From the NCBI GenBank assembly GCA_035551255.1, contig DASZNP010000063.1:2940-66939 (forward strand): 64,000 nt of DNA, given 5' to 3'. The DNA comes from Solirubrobacterales bacterium. Its GTDB lineage: Bacteria > Actinomycetota > Thermoleophilia > Solirubrobacterales > 70-9. Numbering within the stretch: the first letter of the stretch is position 1; each line of letters begins with the position of its first letter. The translations under genes and the position numbers were made by a program. The notes below the pieces were generated by a model. That model was not told the origin of the DNA, searched no databases, and saw only the letters and a program-made list of their open reading frames with translations. Shown here in pieces: positions 1-11,008 of the stretch.

Positions 1-120
1 GACGCGGTCGATCGTGCCGAGGCTGGAGAAGCCGCGTGCCTCCGCCCGTCGCGCCCACTCGGTCAGCTCGGCGCCGCTGGTGCCCGGGACGGCGTTGGGG
101 AGACCAATCGCAACCTTCAT
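1..120 (-). CDS. LLM-class (luciferase-like) F420-dependent oxidoreductase, N-terminal 40 codons only; gene continues past the window start
   Basis: The reverse complement of 1-120 translates to MKVAIGLPNAVPGTSGAELTEWARRAEARGFSSLGTIDRV, a typical luciferase-like oxidoreductase N-terminus. GGAAGGAG lies 6 nt upstream of the ATG at 120-118. It is absent from the ORF track because there is no stop in the window. Confidence 0.6.
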   Translation of the reverse strand, partial: MKVAIGLPNAVPGTSGAELTEWARRAEARGFSSLGTIDRV

Positions 121-188
121 CTCAAGCTCCTTCCGGCGAGGTAACTGGGGGGCGCCCAACCCTAGCTACCCCGTTTCGCCGGCTTCCT

Positions 189-755
189 CTATGACGGCAG
201 TAGCTGCTCGACCGCTTCGCGCGCGTAGGCGAAGACGCGATCGTCGCCGCTGAGGCGGTAGCGCGCGTTGGCGCCCATTACCAGCGAGTAGATCTCGAAG
301 GCCAGCCGCTCTGGGTGCTTGACCCCAGCGATCCGCGCTTGCCGCTCCAGCTCCCCCAGCCAGGCATTGAGTGAGGCGGCGATCGCGTCGCGGACCGATC
401 CCGGCCGATCGTCGTACTCGGCCGAGGTAGCGGCCCAAAAGCAACCGCCTGAGTAGGTGTTCACCTGCTTCAGATAGCGCTCGGCGAGGGCCCGCAGTCG
501 CGGCGCCCCCTCCGGCTGCTCCAGCGCTGGGTCCACGACCGTCGCTCTGAAGCGCGCCGCGGCGGCGGCGATCGTCGCCAGCTGTAGGTCCTGCTTGGAG
601 CCGAAGTGAGCAAAGAGACCGCTCTTGCTCATCTGCAGCTCCCCCGCGAGCCGGCCGATCGTCAGGCCCTCTAGCCCCTCGACGGAGGCGAGGTCGATGG
701 CGCGGTCGAGGATCGCCTCGCGGGTCTGGGTCCCCTTTTCGGTGACGGGAGTCAC
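189..755 (-). CDS. TetR/AcrR family transcriptional regulator
   Basis: 188-aa ORF. The N-terminal HTH region TREAILDRAIDLASVEGLEGLTIGRLAGELQMSKSGLFAHFGSKQDL is typical of TetR. It sits directly upstream of the LLM oxidoreductase and divergent from the cupin gene. Confidence 0.9.
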   Translation of the reverse strand: MTPVTEKGTQTREAILDRAIDLASVEGLEGLTIGRLAGELQMSKSGLFAHFGSKQDLQLATIAAAAARFRATVVDPALEQPEGAPRLRALAERYLKQVNTYSGGCFWAATSAEYDDRPGSVRDAIAASLNAWLGELERQARIAGVKHPERLAFEIYSLVMGANARYRLSGDDRVFAYAREAVEQLLPS

Positions 756-776
756 AGACAGGCATTATAGAAAAGC

Positions 777-788
777 ACGAACGTTCGT
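777..788. promoter_or_regulatory. Perfect 12-bp palindrome ACGAACGTTCGT, candidate TetR operator in a divergent promoter region
   Basis: Read directly from the sequence. It lies in the 74-bp AT-richer gap between the TetR start (755) and the cupin start (830). Confidence 0.45.
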
Positions 789-829
789 TTTAATTGCTGC
801 AGCGGGCGGCATCGAGTGAGGAGGAGCAA

Positions 830-1222
830 ATGAGCGATTACACGGTGAAGAAGATCGACGAGATGGAGGCGGTTTACCTCGGGGCGTTCAAACGGGCGCG
901 GGCCGAGCTTGGGGTCGAGTCCTTCGGCCTCCAGGTGATCGACATGCCGCCGAACTTCGACGGCTACCCCGAGCACGACCACGCCGAAGACGGTCAGGAG
1001 GAGGTCTTTATGGCGCTACGCGGCGGCGGCGAGATCGAGATCGAGGGCGAGCGGTTCCCGCTCGACTCCGAGCACATGGTCCGCGTCGCCTCCGGCACGA
1101 AGCGGAAGGTCTGGCCGGGCGAGGAGGGCATCAGGATGGTGATCGTTGGCGGGATCCCGGGAGCGCTGTACGAGGCGCCGGCGATCAGCCAGCTGGGGGA
1201 ACCGGATCCGATGCGGAACTAA
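830..1222 (+). CDS. Cupin domain protein
   Basis: I moved the start to the ATG at 830 (MSDYTVKK), which is preceded by GAGGAGG. The motifs GYPEHDHAEDGQEEVF and RVASGTKRKV fit the two cupin motifs. Confidence 0.8.
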   Translation: MSDYTVKKIDEMEAVYLGAFKRARAELGVESFGLQVIDMPPNFDGYPEHDHAEDGQEEVFMALRGGGEIEIEGERFPLDSEHMVRVASGTKRKVWPGEEGIRMVIVGGIPGALYEAPAISQLGEPDPMRN

Positions 1223-1250
1223 CCGCAAGCGCGGTTAGGCTGAGGAGGCC

Positions 1251-2156
1251 TTGCGCCGCGTCTCGTCACTGCTTGTCCTGATCATTCTGGGCGCCCTCGC
1301 CTTGCCGACCTACGCGGTCGCGGGCGGCGCCCAGAGCGATCACGGCGACGCCGTCGTCGTCATCCGCGGCGACGTCACCGTCCCCCGCGGCGAAACCGTC
1401 GACGGCGTCTTCGTCGTCAGCGGCGACGTTCGGATCGCCGGCCGCGTCGACGGCGAAGTCGTCGTCCTCGCCGGCGACGCGATCGTCAGCGGGCGTATCG
1501 ACGGCGATCTGTCGATGGCGAGCGGCACGGCGCGCCTGCTGCCGAGCGCCTACGTCAGCGGCAATGTCCGCTACGGCGACGAGCGCCCCGTCGTCGCCGG
1601 CCGGGCGATCGTCCGCGGCGACGTGACCAAGGAGGGATGGAACGACTGGAGCGGCTTCCTGCCCTTCGTCGGGGTCCTGCTCTGGCTTGCCGTCGGCGTC
1701 TCCGCGGCGCTGCTCGGAGCGTTCCTCCTGCTGATCGCGCCGTGGGCGGCGGACGCGATCGAGGAGCGATCGCACGAGCGGATCGGGCCGGTGATCGCGA
1801 TCGGCATCGCGATCGCGATCTGCGTCCCGGTGGCGGCGGTGATTGCGGCAATCACCGTGGTCGGCCTGCCGCTGGCGTTCGCGATCCTCCTCGCCCTGCT
1901 GCCGCTGTGGGCAGTCGCATACGTTTGCTCGGCCTGGGTGCTCGGCCGGCGCCTCGTGAAGCCGCCGCGCGGTCGCATCCTCGCTTTCCTCGCCGGCCTC
2001 GGGATCCTCCGGGCGATCGCCCTGATCCCGATCCTGGGCGGGCTTGTCAGCCTCGCCGCGGTGGTCTTTGGCCTCGGCCTGATCGGCGCCGCTATCGGGG
2101 CTGCTCGACGCCCTCGCCAGCCGACTCCGACCGTGGCTCAAAGCCCGGGCAGCTGA
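1251..2156 (+). CDS. Membrane protein with signal peptide, bactofilin-like beta-helical repeat region and C-terminal multi-TM domain
   Basis: 301-aa ORF. It has an N-terminal hydrophobic signal, then repeated GDV/GRV/GEV motifs (VIRGDVTVPRGETVDGVFVVSGDVRIAGRVDGEVVVLAGDAIVSGRIDGD), then about five hydrophobic segments. Confidence 0.65.
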   Translation: MRRVSSLLVLIILGALALPTYAVAGGAQSDHGDAVVVIRGDVTVPRGETVDGVFVVSGDVRIAGRVDGEVVVLAGDAIVSGRIDGDLSMASGTARLLPSAYVSGNVRYGDERPVVAGRAIVRGDVTKEGWNDWSGFLPFVGVLLWLAVGVSAALLGAFLLLIAPWAADAIEERSHERIGPVIAIGIAIAICVPVAAVIAAITVVGLPLAFAILLALLPLWAVAYVCSAWVLGRRLVKPPRGRILAFLAGLGILRAIALIPILGGLVSLAAVVFGLGLIGAAIGAARRPRQPTPTVAQSPGS

Positions 2157-2298
2157 GCACCGGCAGCCGCGGGTAGCGCGGGTAGGCCGGGTCGGTGCGG
2201 GAGCGCTGACAGAGCGAGAAGACCGAGCCGCGGGTGTTGGGAACCAGCTGCTGGTGGCGACAGCGGTCGCAGAGGCCGGCGGTGGGACGAGGCGTCAT
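2092..2298 (-). CDS. Small Cys-containing conserved hypothetical protein
   Basis: 68-aa ORF (MTPRPTAGLCDRCRHQQLVPNTRGSVFSLCQRSRTDPAYPRYPRLPVLSCPG). It has a CxxC...C...C pattern and coding-like composition. Its 3' end overlaps the convergent gene by 65 nt. Confidence 0.45.
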   Translation of the reverse strand: MTPRPTAGLCDRCRHQQLVPNTRGSVFSLCQRSRTDPAYPRYPRLPVLSCPGFEPRSESAGEGVEQPR

Positions 2299-2391
2299 CG
2301 GCCGAACTTAGATCATCGATCCCCCTCCGGAGCCGGAAACTGCGTCCTCGACATCGGCACGTCCCGCCTTGTAGGGCCCTAGCCTTGATGC

Positions 2392-4557
2392 GTGACCCGA
2401 GCAGCGACCCTCTTCGACGCCGACGCGGCCTCGTATTCCGGAGTGATCGAGGTCCTCAACGTCCGCTTCTGCAGCGAGGACGGGAAGTTCGCCGTTCTAT
2501 GGGTGCGGGAGACCGAGTCCGATGAGCGTTTCGCGGTAGTCGGGCCTGTCGGACACCTCGATACCGGCGATCGGGCTGAGGTTGCCGGCGAGTGGGACGA
2601 ACACACGAAATACGGGCGGCAGTTACGCGCCCAGGGAGCATCGCCGGTCGATCCATCCGACCGCGAGGGTCAGATCGCCTACCTGACGACGCTCCCCCAC
2701 ATTGGCCAGGCACGAGCCGAGCAGTTGGTGGATGCACATGGAGAGGGAGTGCTGCAGGCGATCGCGACCGACCCCGAGGAGGTGTTCGGCTCGCTTCGCG
2801 GGGTGAGCCCGGACCAGGCTGCAGACGCAGCCGAGTACTGGCACGAGAGCCGGGCAATTCGCGACCTCCACGTGCAGCTGGCACCGCACGGGCTCGCTCA
2901 CCTCGCGGTGGCGATCCACGACCGCTTCGAGGGTGAAGCGCTCACGATCCTCCATCAGAACCCTTACCGGCTGACTGAGGTCTCGGGAGTTGGCTTCGCC
3001 CGCGCCGACAAGATCGCCCTCGCCGTCGACATGGCGCCCGACTCGGACGAGCGTGCCCAAGCCGCCGCCGTCTACGCGTTGAAGGAGGCCGAGCAGCAGG
3101 GCAACAGCTTCCTGCCGCTCAGCGAGCTCGTCGAGAGGACCAGCAGACTGACCGGTCTCGCCGCCGATCCGGATGTGCTCACGCGGTCGCGGGGTCTCGT
3201 CGATGACGAGGGCCGGGTGTATCGCAAAAGGACGCTGGAGCGGGAGCAGGCCGTTGCGGAGACGCTCCTGAGACGTGCCGCCGCACCGCCCCACCTCGAG
3301 CACGAACCGGCCGAAGAACCGCCGGAGGCTGCACGTGAGGATCTTGACTTCACCGACGAGCAGTGGGCGGCGGTAAGGGCGGCGTTCGAATCCCGGATCT
3401 CCGTCCTCACTGGCGGCCCCGGCGTCGGTAAGACGAGATGCACGCAGGGGATCGTCACCGAGGCCGAAGCGGCGAGCGCGACGATCGCTCTCTGCGCCCC
3501 TACCGGACGAGCTGCGCGGCGGCTCGCGGAAACGACCGGACACGAGGCGAAGACGATCCACGGCCTGCTCGAATGGGTTCCGGGACAGGAGCCGGGATTC
3601 CACAGTGGACATCCCCTCCCGGTCGACCTCGTGATAGTCGACGAGTCCTCGATGCTGAACCTGCACCTGATCGAGGTGCTGCTGGATGGACTGGCCGAGA
3701 CGACCCACATCGTCTTCGTCGGCGACGCCGACCAGCTGCCGCCGATCGGGGCAGGAAAGCCGTTCGACGACCTGATCGCCTCTGGGGCGGCGCCCGTCGT
3801 GCGGCTGACCCAGATCTTCCGCCAGGCAGCGAAGTCGATGATCACCACCGCCGCCCACGAGATCAACCAGGGCAAGCCCCCCCACCTCGAGCCCAAGGAT
3901 GAACAGGAACAGGACTTCTTCTTCATCGACCGGATAACTCCGGAGCGGGCGCTGGAGACGGTGGTCGAGGTGGTAGCGGAGCGGGCCCCGGGCAAATTTG
4001 GGGTCGATCCCATCCGTGAGGTTCAGGTACTGGCACCGATGTACAAAGGACCAGTCGGAATCGACAAGCTCAACGCACGCCTACAGGAAGAGCTCAATCC
4101 CGATGGAGACCCTGCCCTCCATGGTCGCTTCCGGATCGGGGACCGGCTGATCCAGACGCGTAATTCCCACGAGCTGGAACTGATGAACGGGTCCATCGTC
4201 TTCCTGCGAGCAGACAATCGTGAGAAGAAAACGATCACGATCGAGACCGACGACGGCGGCTCCCGCACGATCCCCTACCGCGACGCCGACGATCTCAACC
4301 TCGCCTACGCGATCTCGGTCCACAAGGCGCAGGGCTGCGAGGTGCCAGTGGTCGTCGCCGTCTGCCACCGCTCGCACTCGCGGATGCTCACCCGCCCCCT
4401 GCTCTACACCGCGATCACCCGCGCCCGCAGCAGCTGCGTCCTGGTCGGCGACCAGGCGGTCCTCGCCTCTGCCGTGCGCCGCGACGACAGCGGCGGCCGC
4501 CACTCCGGGCTGGCGGAGCGGCTGAGCGGCGCCCCTCCCGCCCAAGGCGTCCTTTGA
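2392..4557 (+). CDS. recD2: ATP-dependent RecD-like (SF1B, RecD2-type) DNA helicase
   Basis: 721 aa. Walker A is LTGGPGVGKT and Walker B is LVIVDESSML. Other helicase motifs are VFVGDADQLPPIGAGKPF, AISVHKAQGCEVPVVV and YTAITRARSSCVLVG. Confidence 0.9.
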   Translation: MTRAATLFDADAASYSGVIEVLNVRFCSEDGKFAVLWVRETESDERFAVVGPVGHLDTGDRAEVAGEWDEHTKYGRQLRAQGASPVDPSDREGQIAYLTTLPHIGQARAEQLVDAHGEGVLQAIATDPEEVFGSLRGVSPDQAADAAEYWHESRAIRDLHVQLAPHGLAHLAVAIHDRFEGEALTILHQNPYRLTEVSGVGFARADKIALAVDMAPDSDERAQAAAVYALKEAEQQGNSFLPLSELVERTSRLTGLAADPDVLTRSRGLVDDEGRVYRKRTLEREQAVAETLLRRAAAPPHLEHEPAEEPPEAAREDLDFTDEQWAAVRAAFESRISVLTGGPGVGKTRCTQGIVTEAEAASATIALCAPTGRAARRLAETTGHEAKTIHGLLEWVPGQEPGFHSGHPLPVDLVIVDESSMLNLHLIEVLLDGLAETTHIVFVGDADQLPPIGAGKPFDDLIASGAAPVVRLTQIFRQAAKSMITTAAHEINQGKPPHLEPKDEQEQDFFFIDRITPERALETVVEVVAERAPGKFGVDPIREVQVLAPMYKGPVGIDKLNARLQEELNPDGDPALHGRFRIGDRLIQTRNSHELELMNGSIVFLRADNREKKTITIETDDGGSRTIPYRDADDLNLAYAISVHKAQGCEVPVVVAVCHRSHSRMLTRPLLYTAITRARSSCVLVGDQAVLASAVRRDDSGGRHSGLAERLSGAPPAQGVL

Positions 4558-4577
4558 GTTGCATCTAGCCTAGGCGG

Positions 4578-5300
4578 GTGGAGAAGCCCCGCATACCGTG
4601 GATGGAGATCGCGATCACCCTGGCCGGGATCGCCCTCTTGGTGGGCCTCGCGTTCGCGATCGACCCGCTGCACGAGGCCGTCAAGGCCGCCCTGCAAGGC
4701 GACAACGACGAGGTGCGCCACCAGATCGACCGGCTGGGAGCTGCGGGGCCGTTCTTAATCCTCGCCCTCACCCTTCTCCACGCGGTTGTCTTCTACCCGG
4801 CCGAGATCGTCGACGCGGCGGCTGGCTACGCCTACGGCTTCTTCCCGGCCATGGCGCTGATGACCGTCGGCTGGGTCCTCTCTGGTCTGATCTGCTGGGC
4901 GGTTGGCCACCGCGTCGCCCGACCGCTGTTCGACCGCTGGTTCGGCAGCGCGCGCTTCGAACGGGTGGAGCGGGCGATCGAGCGCGGCGGGCCATCGCTC
5001 TTGATCGCGATGCGCCTGATCCCGATCCTCCCCTTTAGCATCGTCTCCTACGCGGCGGGAGCGGTGCGGGTCCCGGCCTGGCGCTTCGTCTGGACGACCG
5101 CCGTCGGCTACCTGCCGATCACCGCGATTTCCGTCTATTTCGGGACCCGGCTCGAGGGCCTCTCGCTGACCGACCCGTTGGTCCTGGGCAGTTTGTTGGC
5201 GCTACTGGCGCTGCTCGCGATCGGCCATCGGGCCGCACGGCGCGGGAGCGCTAACGCGGCTCGATCCGGAAGCGAAAAACTGCCGGCGTCGGATCAGTAA
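4578..5300 (+). CDS. TVP38/TMEM64 (DedA/SNARE-associated, VTT domain) membrane protein
   Basis: 240-aa polytopic ORF. The motifs FYPAEIVDAAAGYAYG and RLIPILPFSIVSYAAGA are typical of the family. Confidence 0.8.
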   Translation: MEKPRIPWMEIAITLAGIALLVGLAFAIDPLHEAVKAALQGDNDEVRHQIDRLGAAGPFLILALTLLHAVVFYPAEIVDAAAGYAYGFFPAMALMTVGWVLSGLICWAVGHRVARPLFDRWFGSARFERVERAIERGGPSLLIAMRLIPILPFSIVSYAAGAVRVPAWRFVWTTAVGYLPITAISVYFGTRLEGLSLTDPLVLGSLLALLALLAIGHRAARRGSANAARSGSEKLPASDQ

Positions 5301-7602
5301 GGCCACTGGCGCTGCGCGCCTTTACCTTCAGCGCGTGCCTCCCGAGCCCGAGCCGGCGGACGAAGCGGGCGCTGCAGGCGGCGAACTTGAAACGGTCGAC
5401 CTTGCAAAGAAAGGTCACTCCGTGCTGGTTGGAGCCGAAGCGGAAGACCACCCGTGCGCGGCTTCCGGCCGTGCGCACCAGCTTCGGCGGGTGCTTGAGG
5501 ATCATCGTCTCGGGAGCTGCCGGCGTGGGCTGAGGGGTCGGCGTCGGCACCGCCGTGCTCCCGGACTGAGCGGGCGCCGGCGGGCTGGGTTCTTCAACCG
5601 CAGGCGAGACCGGGGGTTCGCAGGCGGGAGGAGTCAGCGGGCCCGGATCGGCCAGGAGCGTTTCCCCCGCGCCTTCGACTTCGACCATTCCGGCTCCAAC
5701 CGCACAGGGACCAAAGGACCCGACCGGGACGGCCGACTGCAGCAGGGCCGAGCGCAGCGGTTCGGGTGCGCTGAGCCCACCGCCTGCTTCTTCGCCCGCC
5801 TGCAGCATCAGGGCTACGGCGCCAGCGGCGTGCGGTGCGGCGGCGGAGGTACCGCAAAAGCGCCAGGTTTCGCCCACCTTGATGGCAAAGAAGGTGGTGG
5901 CGCCGCAATCCGTGGCGACAACGTCGGGCTTGGGAATGATCTGCGCCGAGGCGAGAGGCGCCGCCGGGGTGGTGCCGCTGACTTCGCCGAAATAGTGGGT
6001 TACGGGACCGCGCGAGGAATAGGACTCGGGCTTGATCAAGGTGCTGTACCGGATCGCCCCGACGCCGATCGCGTTCGCGTCCCCGGCGTGCCCGTACACG
6101 GTCGGGCCCACCACATCACCGCCGCCGGAGGCCGGGTACTCCGTCTCGCTGACCCCGCCGCCGTTCTCGAAGAGGACGAACTTAAGTCGCGGATTGCTGC
6201 CGGAGAAGCGGTTGACTACTAGCTGCACCGTCCGCGCAGAGCTGGAGCTGTTGGTCCAGCTCAGCAGCTCCACCGGCTTTTTGGTGCCAGAGACGTTGTC
6301 TTCGGTCGCTTCGGCGACAATTGCGCTGCCTCCGGCATTGAGAAGGAAGGCGTCCATGTCGGTGCCGACGCCAAACCAGGGTTCCGCCCATTGCAGTCCC
6401 AGGAGCAGCGTTTCGCCAGCTTCGACCGTGATCCCGAAGGTGGTGTCGGTCGCCGTGCCGGGAGCGAAGTCCATGCAATGGCTGGGGTTGAATTCGGAGC
6501 CGCGGGCCTGGACCGACCCGGGGCATGAGCCGGCGTCGCGAAAGCTCGGAGCTTCCCAGGAGGCGATGTCGTGGCCGGCACCGTCGAGCAGGTTGTCGTT
6601 GCCGGCGGCGGAGAGGTACGTCGCCCCTTCGGCGGTCACCTTGTTGACTGCCGCGGCGATCGGACCGTCCTGAAAGAACGGCTCTTCCAGGTAACCAACG
6701 TCATCGACGATCACCTTCGCCCCCGCCCCGCCGAAGAGGACCGGCTTGGCCAGTTCTTCGATGCTTTCGGCGAAAGCGGTTTCGCCCGAAAAGGCACTGG
6801 CGAAGGCGAGCTTCGCCGCTGGGGCCATGTCGTGGACGATCTGCAGCATCGCTCGGCCCTCGTCGAAGGCTTCTTCGCCGGGTTCCGAGGGGACGAAATC
6901 GTGGCGGACATCCACCGGGACGTTCTGTCCCAGACAGGGATTGGTGGGGCCGGGAAGATCGGCAGTGGCAACGTCCTGCGGCGCTTTGGTGGCGATCGGA
7001 CCACCTTCCACGGATTCGTTGGCTTTGTTGTAGGAGTCCGAGAGGACGCCGACCGTGACCCCTTCGCCGTCGAGCCCGAACCGTTCTCGCGCCGCTTTTG
7101 CGTTGAGCTGGGCCACCCCCTCGGAAATCACCGAGCCGCCTTCGCATTCGTCGCGGAGCAGCGGCGCTGGAACGGCCGTCACCGAGCCGACGCCGGAGAT
7201 TTCGCCCAGCCCCCGCAGCGCGTCGGTCGGCACGGCCGCAGTCACAGTCTGGTAGCTGCGGCTGGCCGCGACGATCTGCGCACCGGCAGTTCGCAAGTCG
7301 CCCAGGCGCTCGAGGGCGCCAGATTCGAAGCGGACTTCGACCAGTACCCGGCGGCCGGCGCGGATCAGGCTGCCTGGGCCGACGGCAGGCAATCCCAGCG
7401 CTGCTGCCTGCTGGGCCGGGGACTGCCCGCTGAGCGCGGCTCCGCCCAGCCTCCGCAGCTCCGGCGAGAGCGGACCGTGCTGCTTTGGAGCTGGCGGTGC
7501 AGCACCAGCGCCAGGGGGCACCGAGCCGGCGATAAGCACGGCGGCCAGAAGCAATCCCGTCATCGAGCGGTTGATGCGCAACCCAAGGGGCATCGTCTCC
7601 AT
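5251..7602 (-). CDS. Secreted S8-family (subtilisin-like) serine peptidase with C-terminal Ig-like domain
   Basis: 783 aa with a signal peptide. The Asp region is VGVLSDSY and the Ser motif is FCGTSAAAPHAAGAVALM. A Pro-rich linker precedes a C-terminal beta-sandwich-like segment. Confidence 0.85.
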   Translation of the reverse strand: METMPLGLRINRSMTGLLLAAVLIAGSVPPGAGAAPPAPKQHGPLSPELRRLGGAALSGQSPAQQAAALGLPAVGPGSLIRAGRRVLVEVRFESGALERLGDLRTAGAQIVAASRSYQTVTAAVPTDALRGLGEISGVGSVTAVPAPLLRDECEGGSVISEGVAQLNAKAARERFGLDGEGVTVGVLSDSYNKANESVEGGPIATKAPQDVATADLPGPTNPCLGQNVPVDVRHDFVPSEPGEEAFDEGRAMLQIVHDMAPAAKLAFASAFSGETAFAESIEELAKPVLFGGAGAKVIVDDVGYLEEPFFQDGPIAAAVNKVTAEGATYLSAAGNDNLLDGAGHDIASWEAPSFRDAGSCPGSVQARGSEFNPSHCMDFAPGTATDTTFGITVEAGETLLLGLQWAEPWFGVGTDMDAFLLNAGGSAIVAEATEDNVSGTKKPVELLSWTNSSSSARTVQLVVNRFSGSNPRLKFVLFENGGGVSETEYPASGGGDVVGPTVYGHAGDANAIGVGAIRYSTLIKPESYSSRGPVTHYFGEVSGTTPAAPLASAQIIPKPDVVATDCGATTFFAIKVGETWRFCGTSAAAPHAAGAVALMLQAGEEAGGGLSAPEPLRSALLQSAVPVGSFGPCAVGAGMVEVEGAGETLLADPGPLTPPACEPPVSPAVEEPSPPAPAQSGSTAVPTPTPQPTPAAPETMILKHPPKLVRTAGSRARVVFRFGSNQHGVTFLCKVDRFKFAACSARFVRRLGLGRHALKVKARSASGLTDPTPAVFRFRIEPR

Positions 7603-7779
7603 TGTTATCGGCCGCCTGCACGTCTTGCCTAAGAGCGTGTGCGCAAGGAGTCACGCCGGTTGATCCTGCTACGGTCCCCTGCGTTAGGGCCGGTAGTTAC
7701 CGGCGAAAGTTGTGCGTAGCGCTCGCAGTCGTTGCTTTTGCATTGTCCGCGTTCGCAGCACATGAAGTGGAGGCAATGC

Positions 7780-7983
7780 ATGCCCACTGGAACTGTCAAG
7801 TGGTTCAGCGACGACAAGGGCTACGGGTTCATTACGCCCGACGATGGCTCGAAGGACGTCTTCGTTCATCACAGCGCCATCATGGGAGAGGGCTTCCGCT
7901 CTCTGACCGAGGGCGCCAAAGTGAGCTACGAGTCCGAAGAAGGCCCCAAAGGCCCGGCCGCCGCGAGCGTTCAGCAGCAGTAG
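7780..7983 (+). CDS. cspA: Cold-shock protein (CspA family)
   Basis: I moved the start to the ATG at 7780 ([34 protein letters not shown]), which carries the RNP1/RNP2 motifs. GGAGG lies upstream. There is a leader of about 175 nt, as is common for csp genes. Confidence 0.95.
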   Translation: MPTGTVKWFSDDKGYGFITPDDGSKDVFVHHSAIMGEGFRSLTEGAKVSYESEEGPKGPAAASVQQQ

Positions 7984-8008
7984 ATTCGCTGAAAGCTCTT
8001 CGCAGTCC

Positions 8009-8039
8009 GAAGCCCGCCTTCTAGGCGGGCTTCTTCTTG
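8009..8039 (+). terminator. Rho-independent terminator after cspA
   Basis: 10-bp stem GAAGCCCGCC/GGCGGGCTTC (8009-8018 and 8024-8033) with loop TTCTA, followed by TTCTT. Confidence 0.75.
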
Positions 8040-8080
8040 CCCGCGACCGAAGAGCCGCGTCCCCTACTCTCCCAACTCGC

Positions 8081-9918
<1,838 letters not shown>

Positions 9919-9922
<4 letters not shown>

Positions 9923-10860
9923 ACAGCCGAGCGATCCAGGCCACGCTGCTCCAGCAGGCGGGCGACGCGCCGGATCACCTCCCCCGGTTCGCGCTCAAGG
10001 CAGGGCCCGGTCACGCGCGTCATCGCGATGCCATGGAGCAGCAGGTCCTCCTGGCGCTTGCGGTCCCGCTCGAACGCCGCCCGCGTTCCGTGCGTCTCGA
10101 AGACGTCGAGTTCGACCGCAAAGCGGAACTCCGGCCAGTAGCAATCGAGCTCGAAACCGTGGACGACGAAGTTGGCCCGGGGCTGCAGTAGGCCGGCTTC
10201 GAGACAGAGCTCCAGAAAGCGTTTCTCAAGTCCGGAACGGGTGAAGGACGAGGGCTTGTAGAGCGCGATCGCCTTTCGCAGGCGCCTGTGGCCGTGGTGA
10301 CCGACCATGCGCTCGAGGAGCTCTTCGACCGCCCGTAGGTCGAAAAGCTCCAGGTCTTCGCTCCGCTCGATCATCTTCTCCAGCCACTCGAAGCGCACAG
10401 CCGCCGCGAGGTCCAGGAGCGTGCGGGGTAGGGACGTAACCGGGATGCCCTCCCGAAGCGCCCGGTCCTCGAGAGTGAGGGAGCGAGCTTCGTGGAGTCG
10501 AATAGGAGGTCGGGGCGTGCGGTAACTCGGGGCGCAAACAGAAGCAGGTAAGGGGGAGGTCTTCGTGAGGTCCCAGAGCCATGCTGCCGACACGTGGCTC
10601 AAGAGCGCGTGGGGCGCGCAGGCGAGGACGGCCGCCAAGCAGTGGCCGTAGAGCGACATGTTGGTATGGCCGATGGCGAAGACCCCTCGGTGGAGCGGAT
10701 GCAATCGGCCTGACTTCACCGCCCGGTGTACGGCAGCCTTCGAGTAACCCAGCGACCCAGTCAACTGGCGAATCGAAACCACCCCATGCTGCCGCGCCCC
10801 CAGTTCCGCCAGCGCGCTATGTCGACCGATTCCGGGGTGTTCCCCACGTTTGTCTCGCAT
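9919..10860 (-). CDS. DUF559 (Vsr-like endonuclease fold) protein with N-terminal wHTH-like region
   Basis: The C-terminus ([48 protein letters not shown]) fits DUF559. I chose the start at Met28 of the track ORF (MRDKRGE). A paralogue lies at 62626-63414. Confidence 0.75.
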
Positions 10861-10939
10861 AGCGGAACTAAGGCGGGGAGCGCCCCGAGCTCTCCCCCTA
10901 CCCAGCCTGTTCTTCGTCCTTCCAGAGCGCTCTGAGCGC

Positions 10940-10971
10940 AAAAAAACCGCCGGCCAGAGGCCGGCGGTTTT
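10940..10971 (-). terminator. Rho-independent terminator downstream of the acyl-CoA dehydrogenase gene
   Basis: 9-bp GC stem CCGCCGGCC/GGCCGGCGG (10947-10955 and 10959-10967) with a 3-nt loop. The A7 run at 10940-10946 gives a U7 tract on the minus strand. Confidence 0.8.
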
Positions 10972-11008
10972 CCTGTGACGCTCGATCCCGAGCTGCGCTC
11001 GGTGGCCG

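Noticed and set aside
2392-4557. RecD2-like helicase (and the MoxR/VWA pair at 18507-20766) as parts of an anti-phage defence system
   Set aside because: Neither has nuclease, methylase, TIR/SIR2 or other effector partners. The neighbours are ordinary metabolic or membrane genes with native composition. They are more simply explained as a housekeeping helicase and a CoxD/CoxE-like chaperone pair.
5251-5300. 50-nt convergent overlap of the TVP38 and S8 peptidase genes. Similar convergent overlaps occur at 21292-21326, 28217-28247 and 49721-49731
   Set aside because: I considered frameshifts or mis-called stops. Both partners in each pair read through to plausible C-termini, and such overlaps are common when stop codons are rare in GC-rich DNA. 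I do not treat them as anomalies.
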